Positions 33,317 to 43,424 of a stretch of DNA of 64,000 bases are shown in pieces. Location: assembly GCA_963726455.1 (NCBI GenBank), contig CAVSCK010000001.1, positions 62,004-126,003 on the forward strand, given 5' to 3'. The notes below the pieces were generated by a model that saw only the letters and a program-made list of their open reading frames with translations, had not been told where the DNA came from and ran no database searches. Both the position numbers and the translations under genes were made by a program. The DNA is from an uncultured bacterium (GTDB lineage: Bacteria; Zixibacteria; MSB-5A5; CAIYYT01). The first letter of the stretch is position 1. Each line of letters starts with the position of its first letter.

Positions 33317-33889
33317 CTAAAAATTGAACTTCTTTCGCTTTAGTATGCGGCACAATTTGTCCAGCGCCTTGCCTCGTAAGGGACCGATTGATGACACCGG
33401 CATCTTCAGTGCCCGCGCAATCTCCTTATATGACGGTTCCTCCGGATCGAGAAACAGCGCCGTCAGCAGCCGGAAATCTCTGTCGTTCAATTCGCTCATT
33501 GCCGCCAGCAGCGCTTGACGCCGCCGGGCTTGCTCATAGACTTTTTCAGGGTGGTCGGCGCAATCGTCCGCGACCAGTTCCAGCGATTCATCGCCCACGA
33601 TTTCGACCATTCGCAATTTCTGGTAGAAACTATAAATCTGGCGGCGGGTAATTGTGGCTACGACCGCCGGAAGTTTCTCGGCTTCGCGAATGGAGTCGAT
33701 GCTCTTGACCAGCTCAAGACAGACTTGCCCGTAGATGTCGAAACTTTCGTCCCGGGTCAATCGGCTGCGTCGGCAGAGGGCAAAGATCACCGGGCCGACC
33801 AAGTCGATCAGTTCGTGCCAAGCCGGTTCATCACTCTGGCGGCAGAGTCGGACTAGTTCTTCGAGAGTGTGCTGGGCACGTCTGATCAT
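33317..33889 (-). CDS. ECF-type RNA polymerase sigma factor
   Basis: 190 aa; region 2 (AWHELI, DIYGQV) and region 4 (SYKEIA.AL.MPVSSIGP.R.KAL.KL). Confidence 0.9.
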   Translation of the reverse strand: MIRRAQHTLEELVRLCRQSDEPAWHELIDLVGPVIFALCRRSRLTRDESFDIYGQVCLELVKSIDSIREAEKLPAVVATITRRQIYSFYQKLRMVEIVGDESLELVADDCADHPEKVYEQARRRQALLAAMSELNDRDFRLLTALFLDPEEPSYKEIARALKMPVSSIGPLRGKALDKLCRILKRKKFNF

Positions 33890-34163
33890 CGGCGCTCGAC
33901 GAATTTAAGGGCAGTTTTCGGGACCGCGGATTGTACCGGCCTCCGGCAAATCAATATAATGGCTGTCGTCTATCTTCAAAGCGAAATGATGAATCAGTCC
34001 CACGTCTCATACAATCATGTGTGGCAGTTAAACCACATTAATTCGAGCGTGGATGAGGGAGAAACTTATACGGCTGAATGAAGTTTTGACGGCACCTCGA
34101 CAGAAACCCCTTGCCTTCGCTCGCCCGAATTGACTTATTCTATCCAAATTTGAAAGGATACCG

Positions 34164-36336
34164 ATGATGACGTATTTTCGCCGCTGCTGTGCTATTCTGG
34201 CTTTGGTTACACTTCTTGCCGGCACCACTCTTGCTGACGAAGGCATGTGGCCACTCTATCTTCTCGACAAACTTCCGTTCGATAGTCTCCAGACCCGCGG
34301 ACTGATTCTCAAACCGCAGGATATATACAATTCGCAAGGCACCGGCATCGCCAGTGCGGTGGTGCAGGTCAGCGCGACCGGATCGTTCGTGTCGCCGGAA
34401 GGATTGATCCTCACGAATCATCATGTTGCTTACGATGCCATCGAAGAACAAAGTTCGGTTGAACACAACTATCTTCGCGATGGTTTCTACGCCCCCACTA
34501 AAGCGGGTGAAAAGCAAGCTGTCGGGTATCGTGTCTCTGTGACTCTCGGTATGGAAGATGTCACGTCGCGAGTGCTGGCGGTGGTGAACGACACGATGAC
34601 CGATTTGCAGCGCTACAAGGCGGTCGATCAGGAGATCAAGAAGATCGTCAAAGAAACGGAAGCGGGCGGCGATATCAAGTGCCGCGTCGCGACGATGTTC
34701 TCCGGCAAGCAGTACGTCAAATATACTTTCATGGAAATCCGCGATGTGCGCATCGTGTATGTGCCGCCGATGGCAATCGGCAATTTCGGCGGCGATATCG
34801 ACAACTGGATGTGGCCGCGCCACACCGGCGATTTTTCATTCCTGCGCGCCTATGTTGCCCCCGACGGCAAGCCCGCCGACTATGCAAAGGAAAACGTGCC
34901 GTACAAACCGAAGTCGTATTTGCCGGTTTCATCTGCCGGAGTCCGTGAACACGACTTTGCAATGACACTCGGTTTTCCCGGCAGCACGCGGCGCTACATC
35001 AGTTCGTTCGAGCTGGAAAATGCGATCAACTTCACCTATCCTCGTTCGATTCATATTTCGGAGGATCAGCTTAAGATCAGAAATGAACTTGGCGCGATGG
35101 ATTCCGCACTGGCGCTGGCGCAGTCGTCTGATATCGCAAGTATCAATAACCGGTTGAAAAAGAACTACGGGACGATGGAAGGCCTGACGCACTCGCACAT
35201 TCTCCAGAAGAAACAGACCGATGAACGCGGGCTGGCGGAGTTCCTGAAAGCTAATCCGGCGTTGGACAAGAAAGTATGGACGGTACTTCCGGAGCTCGAC
35301 AGTCTTTACCGCGCCAACAAGGTTGATCAGGAACGCGATGCGACACTTTCGCAAATGATGTGGGGTTGCACCTATCTGCGGCTGGCGAATACACTCTATC
35401 GCTGGTCGGTCGAACGTCAGAAACCGGATATGCAGCGCGAACGCGGATTCATGGATCGCGACACGGCCGCGGCAATCGAGCGGTTGACGAATGTGCAATC
35501 CGATCTCGCTCCCAAGGTCGACAAGGAATTGCTGAAATATTCGCTGCACAATGCCCTGGCACTGCCCGCTAATCAAAAGATCGACTTGGTCGAAAAGATG
35601 TTTCCGGTGGGGACGAATGGCGACCGTGAAAAGCAAATCGATCAGTTCGTTGAGAACGCGTATGCCAGAACCATCATTGGAACGACTGACCAGCGTCTCA
35701 AGATGTTCGCGTTGAACAAAGCCGATTTGGAAAATCTGCACGATCCGTTCGTCGACTTCGCCGCCGCGCTCTATCCGATGATGGAAACATCCCGTGAACG
35801 CGACCGCGTGTTCTCCGGCGCCGAAACCCGCCTGACCCCGAAATTGATTCAGGCCTACGCCGAGTGGAAGCAGGAGAAGATGTATCCCGACGCCAACGGC
35901 ACGATGCGCCTGAGTTACGGCGAAGTGCACGGCTACCAGCCGCGCGATGCCGTCAGCTACGATTATGAAACGACCTTGTCGGGCGTGATCGAAAAGGAAT
36001 CGCGAGTCGATCCGTTTATCGTGCCCAAGGAACTGTCGGCGACATTTGCCAGCAAAGGATTTCGGCAACTACGTCGATGCGCAGTCCAAAGATGTGCCGG
36101 TCGATTTCCTGACCACCAATGACATTACCGGCGGCAATTCCGGCAGTCCGGTCATCAACGGCAAAGGCGAACTAATCGGCCTGGCGTTCGACGGCAACTA
36201 CGAAGCGGTCGCCTGCGACTACCTGTTCGATGGCGACATCGACCGTACAATCTCAGTCGACATCCGTTACGTCCTGTTCATCATCGACAAGGTGTACCAC
36301 CTCAACGGCTTGTTGAAAGAGATGACGGTGCGATAA
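34164..36336 (+). CDS. S46 dipeptidyl peptidase (DPP7-like), frameshifted near 36055
   Basis: Signal peptide plus [28 protein letters not shown]; catalytic [10 protein letters not shown] and AFDGN lie in the +1 frame ORF 36046..36336. Confidence 0.92.
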
Positions 36337-36374
36337 GCAGCTAGGAGACCCATAGCAAGCTGTGGAGTCCCTGG
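36285..36374 (+). repeat. 90-bp direct repeat, copy 1 (3' end of the S46 gene plus flank)
   Basis: 77/90 identical without gaps to 37282..37371 by manual alignment. Confidence 0.9.
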
Positions 36375-36454
36375 TTCATAATTCTCGGCGGGCTGATAAT
36401 GGCGATGCCATGATCACGGAACTTTGTTCTTGCTCTCTAAGGTGTGAATAGACG

Positions 36455-36964
36455 ATGAAAGTACTCAGCAAAGAAGACGCATACGAGGTGCTCGGCAGAA
36501 GGACATTGGACGAGCTCGTAGGCGGTTTGTCGAAGAGCTTACCCTTGATTGGGGGAGCGTATTCAATTCCAAGAGACTCCGGAACCAAAACTTCTCTGTC
36601 GAGGCTCTTCGGATACCTATTTTCCAAGGGATCTGGGAATTTCTTGTATGTGTCGGGTTGGGGGGTGTGGAACGCTGAAAACCTTGACTTGTTCTACGGT
36701 TATAGACGTTCCTTTGGGGAGAATCGGTTCCTGATGGAGGCTCCCGCGCACTTCTTCGACTCAACCAAGGAGGATTCTTTTGTCAGTATACTCAGTATGG
36801 TATTTTACTTCGTTTGGGACGCATGGTTGTTTGATATCGAGGGTACCTACTTGCTCAGAATAAGTCATGATGAGTGGCTCGAGATACGGAGCGGCAGTGA
36901 GGACCTGACTCACGAGTTTGAGGCGGAGTCTGACAGATATGGATTGCGACTCCTGGGTCGATGA
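36455..36964 (+). CDS. Hypothetical protein inside the repeat-bounded insert
   Basis: 169-aa ORF; WGVW..ENL.LFY.YR, EAP.H.F, WD and SHDE motifs look like a conserved uncharacterised family. Confidence 0.7.
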   Translation: MKVLSKEDAYEVLGRRTLDELVGGLSKSLPLIGGAYSIPRDSGTKTSLSRLFGYLFSKGSGNFLYVSGWGVWNAENLDLFYGYRRSFGENRFLMEAPAHFFDSTKEDSFVSILSMVFYFVWDAWLFDIEGTYLLRISHDEWLEIRSGSEDLTHEFEAESDRYGLRLLGR

Positions 36965-36968
36965 GCTT

Positions 36969-37107
36969 GTTTCGTAGGTCCGGTTCAGAGCCGTTCGCAA
37001 TCATCGCAATTCACGTTGCTGATGAATAACATCAGTCCTTTCAGTACCAGTAGTCACATCCACACGGCGAGAAACCCGACATACATGAGTTAACTAGGTC
37101 GAACCCC
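36969..37107. repeat. Degenerate REPIN-like element
   Basis: gtttcgtaggtccggtt...gaaacccgacat matches the ends of the 38702..38880 element. Confidence 0.6.
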
Positions 37108-37203
37108 TTTTGCCACAACGCTTGACTCGCCGACTAGCCCTGTAGTCTAGCCCATTGTGGGCGTCTGCGGCGCACGAGGACGTACGCCGCTCACAGTTCG
37201 GGC

Positions 37204-37230
37204 CTGGATTCCCGCCTTCGCGGGAATGAC
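37204..37230. repeat. ATTCCC-N8-GGGAAT palindrome (dRS3/REP-like)
   Basis: ctggATTCCCgccttcgcGGGAATgac. Confidence 0.7.
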
Positions 37231-37281
37231 ACGGACGGGTGATCCGAAGGTTCGTCCGAGCTCACATCCGCGCCATCCTGC

Positions 37282-37371
37282 CGACAAGGTATACCATCTC
37301 AACGGCTTGTTGAAAAAGATGACGGCGCGATCAGCAACTGCTAAACCCACAGCAAGCTGTGGGGTACCTGG
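37282..37371 (+). repeat. 90-bp direct repeat, copy 2 (remnant of the S46 gene 3' end)
   Basis: Encodes [14 protein letters not shown] versus [14 protein letters not shown] in copy 1; stop TAA changed to TCA. Confidence 0.9.
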
Positions 37372-37643
37372 CAACCTCTGAAACTCGCGGAACATTCGTA
37401 CGGGCACGTTGCTGCGTGTCCGCATTTAGATTCCAACTCCGGACATATCCTGCGTATAAATCGCAGCAAGGGTTCCGGTACGGAGCTCTTGAGTCGTTCC
37501 TGCGTCCTGCGGCGAAGTGAGCGATTAAGGTATGTGAGGTTATGGCGCAGCGAGACGAAACTATGACAATTCAAATAGCATTCCCACCAACATAATTCCC
37601 GGAGAATCATTTTACGTCCAACCAACAACCCCCACACGTCATA

Positions 37644-38645
37644 TTGAAGCGAAATTCCCTCATGTCTGTCGTGGCGCCTTATCAACGCCCGAGTCGCTTG
37701 CGCAGCATCTGGCAAATTGTCAATTCAATTGTTCCTTACTTCTCGCTAATGGTGGTGATGTACTTCACCCTGGCGATTAGTTACTGGATCACCCTTGCAC
37801 TTTCCATCGTCACCGCCGGATTCCTGATCCGAGTGTTCATAGTCTTCCACGACTGTTGTCACGGTTCGTTCTTCAGCTCTCGTAAAGCTAACTACATCTG
37901 GGGAACCCTGACCGGGATTCTGACATTTACGCCTTACAGTATTTGGCGACGTGCTCATTTACTCCATCATGACACCTCGGGCAATTTGGACCAGCGCGGC
38001 GAGGGAGACGTTTGGACTATGACCGTAAACGAGTACCTTGCCGCAAGTCGAGGCAGGCGTTTTGGATACCGATTTTTCCGAAATCCGTTTGTTCTGCTGG
38101 TACTCGGTCCGCTGTACATCCTGCTCATCAAGAATCGGATTTGGCTGCCTGGCGCAACGCGAGGTGATCGGTTGAGCGTCGTGATCGGTGACGTTGCGAT
38201 TGCTGCGATGTTCGTGGCGGCCTGGTTTACGATCGGCATCAAGTCATTCATAGCAATTCAGTTGCCCGTCTACTGGATTGGCTCCTTGGCAGGCATCTGG
38301 CTCTTTTATGTGCAGCATCAATTCGACGGTGTCTATTGGGAACGGCAGGATGATTGGAATCCGGTATCAGCGTCGCTGGACGGAAGTTCCTTCTACAAGT
38401 TGCCGCGGATCATTCAATGGTTCACCGGCAATATCGGCTATCACCACCTGCATCATCTTAGTTCGCAGATACCGAGTTACTATCTGCCGCGCTGTCATAG
38501 GGACCTGGTAAAGCTGCATCCAATCAACGCGATGACCTTCATCCCCAGTCTGAAAGCGCTCGGTTATCGGCTGTGGGATGAAGACGGACATCGCCTCGTC
38601 GGCTTTGGTTCTCTTCATGAGAGACAGTCGCCCACGAGGGCCTAA
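37644..38645 (+). CDS. Membrane fatty acid desaturase (Bacillus Des-like)
   Basis: His boxes HDCCH, HLLHH, HHLHH; WLFYVQHQF. Confidence 0.92.
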   Translation: MKRNSLMSVVAPYQRPSRLRSIWQIVNSIVPYFSLMVVMYFTLAISYWITLALSIVTAGFLIRVFIVFHDCCHGSFFSSRKANYIWGTLTGILTFTPYSIWRRAHLLHHDTSGNLDQRGEGDVWTMTVNEYLAASRGRRFGYRFFRNPFVLLVLGPLYILLIKNRIWLPGATRGDRLSVVIGDVAIAAMFVAAWFTIGIKSFIAIQLPVYWIGSLAGIWLFYVQHQFDGVYWERQDDWNPVSASLDGSSFYKLPRIIQWFTGNIGYHHLHHLSSQIPSYYLPRCHRDLVKLHPINAMTFIPSLKALGYRLWDEDGHRLVGFGSLHERQSPTRA

Positions 38646-38701
38646 GCGACTATGTACGCCTTATGGATGCGGCAGGCGAGGACGACTGCCGAGCACAAAT
38701 A

Positions 38702-38880
38702 GTTTCGTAGGTCGGGTTCGCGAGTCCGTCCCTGTCCTACCGCTCGTGTCGGCCGAGTCACACCTTCCGGCATAGCAAAGTCCTTAGATTCACCGACGGA
38801 CGAGAAAACCCGACATTCGCACCTCTAGCTTAACAAGTATGTCGGGTTTGGCGCTTCGCTGCAAACCCGACCTACGAAAC
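38702..38880. mobile_element. REPIN/MITE-like element with perfect 17-bp terminal inverted repeats
   Basis: gtttcgtaggtcgggtt ... aacccgacctacgaaac; internal aacccgaca/tgtcgggtt arms; GTAG-type REP architecture. Confidence 0.75.
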
Positions 38881-38886
38881 TTTCCG

Positions 38887-39153
38887 CTACAAGGCGTCTT
38901 GATCGCCGGGGGTGGTGCCGTCGGAATTGGAAGCGGTTGAGTCAGTATACGATGTGTCGGGTTGTGTTGTGATGGGATCGGATGATGGCTCAGGCCGAGC
39001 GTTGGATTTGGCGCGGCCTGAGTCACGAAGGGCTTTGCGCAAGAGGAATTCGATTTGGCCGTTCAGTGAGCGCAATTCATCATCAGCCCAGCGCTGCAAG
39101 GCGTGCAGCGTATCCTGATCGATCCTAAGCAGGAATGATTTGCGCTCAGCCAT
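38887..39153 (-). CDS. Arc-like ribbon-helix-helix DNA-binding protein
   Basis: RKSFLLRID....WADDELRSLNGQIEFLL; usual partner of this SPFH subfamily. Confidence 0.88.
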   Translation of the reverse strand: MAERKSFLLRIDQDTLHALQRWADDELRSLNGQIEFLLRKALRDSGRAKSNARPEPSSDPITTQPDTSYTDSTASNSDGTTPGDQDAL

Positions 39154-39159
39154 AATCCA

Positions 39160-39237
39160 TCACCGATCCGCCCAATGCTGCAAACGGTGCAGCGGTTTCC
39201 GATCGATCCTCAACGTGTATGACTTACGCTCAGCCAT
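39160..39237 (-). pseudogene. 25-codon truncated duplicate of the RHH gene 5' end
   Basis: MAERKSYTLRIDRKPLHRLQHWADR* versus MAERKSFLLRIDQDTLHALQRWADD. Confidence 0.75.
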
Positions 39238-39267
39238 GAGCTTCACCTTGTCCGTTCAATCACGAGT

Positions 39268-40128
39268 CTAATGGTACAGACTGCCGGTGTTGATCACCGG
39301 TTGGGTGTTGGCTTCACCGCAGAGAACGACCAGCAGATTGGAAACCATCGCGGCTTTGCGTTCGTCGTCGAACTCGATGATCTTCTTGGCCGACAATTGC
39401 TGCAACGCCATTTCAACCATGCCGACGGCGCCTTCGACAATCAACGTGCGGGCGGCAATGATCGCACCGGCCTGCTGGCGGCGCAACATCGCTTCGGCAA
39501 TCTCCGGCGCATAGGCCAGATGACTGATACGCGCTTCGATTACTTCGACGCCCGCCTGCGCGAGACGATCATGAATCTCGGCGCGCAGTTGATCGGAAAT
39601 CGTCGCGGTGTGTCCGCGCAACGAGACACGTTCGTCGGTGTGCGAGTCGTACGGGTGTTGGGTCGCGAGATTACGTATCGCGGACTCACTCTGGATCGCG
39701 ACGAATTGCTCGTAGGCATCCACCTGGAAGCAGGCCTCGGCGGTGTCGACAACTTTCCAGACGACGATGGCGGCGATCTCAATGGGGTTGCCGTCGATGT
39801 CGTTCACTTTGAGGCGATTCGTTTCGAAGTTGCGAACGCGCAGGGAGATTCGGCGTTTGGAATAGAAGGGGTTAGCCCAGCGTAAACCCTCCTGTTTGCA
39901 GGTGCCGACATACTTGCCGAAGAGCTGGAGTACGCGGCCCTCATTAGGGTTTACCATGAAGAGCCCGCATAGCATGACGATGTCGATGATGATAACTACT
40001 GTGCTCGCGACCTTGTGGGCGACCGGCAGCAGGAATATCAGCCACAGGACCGAAGCGACCAAAATTACCAGCAGCAGGGTCAACATGCCCCAGCCGGAGC
40101 TTACTTTACGATCAGTTTCTTTTATCAA
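39268..40128 (-). CDS. SPFH/band 7 domain membrane protein
   Basis: Two TM helices, [37 protein letters not shown]; TTG start with AAGGAGG RBS. Confidence 0.93.
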   Translation of the reverse strand: MIKETDRKVSSGWGMLTLLLVILVASVLWLIFLLPVAHKVASTVVIIIDIVMLCGLFMVNPNEGRVLQLFGKYVGTCKQEGLRWANPFYSKRRISLRVRNFETNRLKVNDIDGNPIEIAAIVVWKVVDTAEACFQVDAYEQFVAIQSESAIRNLATQHPYDSHTDERVSLRGHTATISDQLRAEIHDRLAQAGVEVIEARISHLAYAPEIAEAMLRRQQAGAIIAARTLIVEGAVGMVEMALQQLSAKKIIEFDDERKAAMVSNLLVVLCGEANTQPVINTGSLYH

Positions 40129-40140
40129 TGATACCTCCTT

Positions 40141-40160
40141 ATGATATCATAATGATATTA
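40141..40160. promoter_or_regulatory. Putative operator for the RHH regulator upstream of SPFH
   Basis: ATGATATCAT palindrome followed by a second TGATAT at 11-bp spacing, next to the RBS. Confidence 0.55.
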
Positions 40161-40290
40161 CGAAGATAGCATAACATTGTTTCGGGAATTAGTCAAGAAA
40201 TCTGTAATGTGTTATTATACAACATCTTAATGACTTGTTGTTGCGTCTGGATTTGCGTTCCTTTGAGCCATACATATATTGGTGGCAAAC

Positions 40291-41707
40291 ATGAACTAGT
40301 CGGCAGATTGAGGAGCCAGTTACGTCCACACAGAAAGCTACAGTTCGCGCCGCACTGTTTGTTGCCACGCTGAGTTCGTTCATCGGGCCGTTCATGTCAT
40401 CGACAGTGAATGTAGCGCTGCCGTCGATCGGCGAGGAATTCTCGATGGGCGCGGTGTCGCTGGGGTGGATTAATACGGCCTACCTGTTGGCAGCGGCGGT
40501 GTTTCTGATTCCGTTTGGACGGATGGGCGATTTGTACGGCAAGAAGTGGATATTCATATACGGGCTGGTGCTGCTGGTGATTTCGTCGGCAGCGTTGGCG
40601 TTGTCGATTTCGGGAGACGTGCTGATTTTTTGCCGCGCATGCCAGGGAATCGCGGGGTCGATGATATTCGCGACGGCGATACCGATTCTGGTTTCAATCG
40701 TGCCGCCGGAGATTCGGGGGAGGTCGATTGGAATCAGTGCGGGAGCGACGTACATCGGACTGTCCCTAGGTCCGTTCGCGGGGGGATTGATTACGCAACA
40801 GTTCGGCTGGCGGTACATATTCTGGCTCAATGTGCCGCTGGGATTGCTACTGGCAGTGGTTGGATATTTCCTGCTGCGCGGGGATGAAACAAAGGATCGA
40901 GACGTCAAATTTGATTTGGCAGGATCGGCGATTCTGGGGGTAGCATTGCTCCTCACGATGTATGGATTCTCGACGTTGCCACGTTGGTCGGCGGTGATTA
41001 TGACGGCGCTCGGAATTGTCGGGACAGTGTTTTTCGTCAAGTATGAATCGCGGGCGACGCAGCCGCTGGTGAACATCGATTTGTTTCGCCGCAACACGGT
41101 GTTTGCTTTCTCCACACTGGCGGCGCTGATCAATTATGCGGCAACGTTCGCGGTTGGTTTTCTGCTGAGTCTGTACTTGCAGAAGTTGCGCGGATTGACG
41201 CCGCGTGAAGCGGGATTGATTCTGGTTGCACAGCCGGTAATGATGGCGATTTGTTCGCCGTATGCGGGCAAGATGTCGGACAGAATCGAGCCACGGACGC
41301 TGGCGTCAGTCGGCATGGCGATTTCGGCTGTCGGACTGGCGATGATGGTGTTTCTTGGTGACGGCACATCGATGGTTTATGTGGTCGTCGGGCTGATGAT
41401 ACTTGGGATTGGGTTCGGATTGTTTTCCTCGCCGAACACGAACGCGATAATGAGCTCGGTCGACAGACGATCGTATGGACTGGCAGGCGCCACGGTCAGC
41501 GCGGTGCGACAGGTGGGGATGATGGTGTCGATGGGAATTGTGATGATGATTATCTCACTGTATCTCGGGCAGGCGGATATTAAGCCCGAGAACTTCGCCA
41601 GTTTTGTACAGAGTCTGCGAATCACGTTTGTTGTGTTCGCTATCGCCTGCGTGGCGGGTGTGTTTGCGTCGCTGGCGCGTGGCAAAATGAAACGCGAGCG
41701 AGCGTGA
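40291..41707 (+). CDS. MFS transporter (DHA2/EmrB-like, 14 TM); apparent extra base just after the start codon
   Basis: VNVALPSI, GRMGDLYGKK, GWRYIFWLNVP; TM1 lies upstream of ATG 40394; removing one A from ATGAACT (40291) gives MTSRQIEE in frame, behind a GGTGG RBS. Confidence 0.88.
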
Positions 41708-41967
41708 AAGAATAGGCAGTTTCTCCTCAGTGTCTGCATTGCATCCTCGAGCTTGCTAGCCGATCTCGACCATTTGCTGAACATACCTCGCCGGCAGTGC
41801 TGCTGGGATTTTCGACGCGAAGTAGATCGAGTAGCGGCGCCTGTTTCAATGCGGAACTCAGGGCATCTTTTGGTGGGGAAGCGCGCTGCAAATTACGCCG
41901 CAGTTGCCGATACAATAATGAGAAGATTCCAAAGCTATATGCACTATCGGGTTGAAAAGACCGAGGC

Positions 41968-43413
41968 ATGACGACTACAACTCAGACGAATCAAACGTGT
42001 AAGTCATATCTTGCATCCGAGGTCATCTTCAGGCAGGGTGATCCGGGCGGATTTATGATTACGATCGTCTCCGGCACCGTAGAGGTGATCATGGACGACG
42101 TGGTGATAGCGACACGGGGACCGGGTGAAGTGGTTGGAGAGATGTCGTTGATCGACAACTCGACGCGATCAGCAACGGTCGTAGCAGCCGGCGATTGTGA
42201 GATCGAGGAATGGAGCCGCGACCGGTTCATTGCGCAGATCAAGGAAGATCCGACATTTGCCCTCAATTTGCTGAAGTGCCTGAGCCAACGCCTGCGGGAA
42301 TCGGACGCGTTGCGTGTGGCCGAACTCGAGCAGAACAACTACAATCTCAAGATTGCCAACAAGGAACTTTCGCTCGTCAACGATTTCCTCGAACAGTTGA
42401 TTGAACAATCACCGGCGGGAATCGTGATCACGAACAAGCAGGGAGAAGTTAAACGAGCGAATCCAGCTGCGCTAAGAATATTCGATGTCGTTGATAACGC
42501 CTCCTGGAATTCGCTGTTGTCGTACTTCCCAACGCGAAGCCCGATCGAAAGTTTGTGGACGTCGTTGAAGCCGAGCTGGGTGGGGGAATTTCGCGCGCAG
42601 GTTGGTGAGAGAACGCGCATGCTTTATCTGTCGGTGTCGCGGCTGTATTCCTATGATCCCGAAAGCAGTTACCTATTCATCTGCGAAGACATTTCGGAGC
42701 TGATCGAACTGAACGAACAGATAGTCAAGTTGGAACGGTTCGCCACCGAAGGAGAAATCTCCTCTGGCATTGCGCACGATATCAAGAACTATCTCGCGAT
42801 TCTAAGAGGCAACTTCGACTTGATGATGTACAAGATTAATCAGGAGTTCAGGGAGAAGCAGCAGCATCATATTGCAGCGATGGAGAGGGGCTTTACTGAG
42901 ATCGAAAGTTTCGTGGAGAATCTGATGGGTGGAAGAAGCGACGCCGAGGTGGTTGCAGAAGTGAGTCTGCCGGATATGGTCAAGTCATTGATAAGAATAC
43001 TGGCACCGCAGAAACGTTTTCAGCATATCAAGATGACCACAGTTTTCGATTCGTCATTTCCATTGCTATTGCGCGTGAAGGAGAAGCAGATCCAACAGGT
43101 GCTGCTGAATCTGTTGATCAACGCCGCCGACGCGCTGAATGGCTGGGATACTCTCCAGTCCAGAGAAATCAAGATTCTGTTGAGCGTAGAGAAAGATAGC
43201 GGTCGGCCGCAACTTATCGTGGCCGACAACGGACCGGGTATTCCGCAGGATAAACAGGCGGAATTGTTCTCGCGCAGATTCACAACCAAGGAAACTGGTC
43301 ACGGGATCGGGCTGATGACCGTCAAGAAAATAGTCGATCAGCACCAGGGTACTATCGCGATTGAGTCCAACCCGGGTGCCGGCACCAAATTCACTATCAC
43401 CTTCAAGAACTGA
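41968..43413 (+). CDS. Cytoplasmic sensor histidine kinase with cyclic-nucleotide-binding and PAS domains
   Basis: IFRQGD, GEVVGEMSL..RSATV (cNMP); PAS; AHDIKN H-box, NLLINA, DNGPGI, GHGIGL. Confidence 0.92.
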   Translation: MTTTTQTNQTCKSYLASEVIFRQGDPGGFMITIVSGTVEVIMDDVVIATRGPGEVVGEMSLIDNSTRSATVVAAGDCEIEEWSRDRFIAQIKEDPTFALNLLKCLSQRLRESDALRVAELEQNNYNLKIANKELSLVNDFLEQLIEQSPAGIVITNKQGEVKRANPAALRIFDVVDNASWNSLLSYFPTRSPIESLWTSLKPSWVGEFRAQVGERTRMLYLSVSRLYSYDPESSYLFICEDISELIELNEQIVKLERFATEGEISSGIAHDIKNYLAILRGNFDLMMYKINQEFREKQQHHIAAMERGFTEIESFVENLMGGRSDAEVVAEVSLPDMVKSLIRILAPQKRFQHIKMTTVFDSSFPLLLRVKEKQIQQVLLNLLINAADALNGWDTLQSREIKILLSVEKDSGRPQLIVADNGPGIPQDKQAELFSRRFTTKETGHGIGLMTVKKIVDQHQGTIAIESNPGAGTKFTITFKN

Positions 43414-43424
43414 GCGATGTAATT

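Noticed and set aside
29935-33889. Type III-E CRISPR (Craspase) locus
   Set aside because: No Cas7-11, other cas gene or repeat-spacer array is visible in the window; only the protease-sigma logic is analogous
34929-36068. Long antisense ORFs (also 5319..6263, 16491..17483, 4380..5186)
   Set aside because: Shadow frames of well-supported genes, with no recognisable motifs
36046-36336. Split S46 peptidase or programmed frameshift
   Set aside because: No canonical slippery heptamer, and the same +1 pattern occurs in five unrelated genes
36375-38880. Integron cassette array
   Set aside because: No integrase and no recognisable attC R''/R' boxes; the repeats fit REP-type palindromes better
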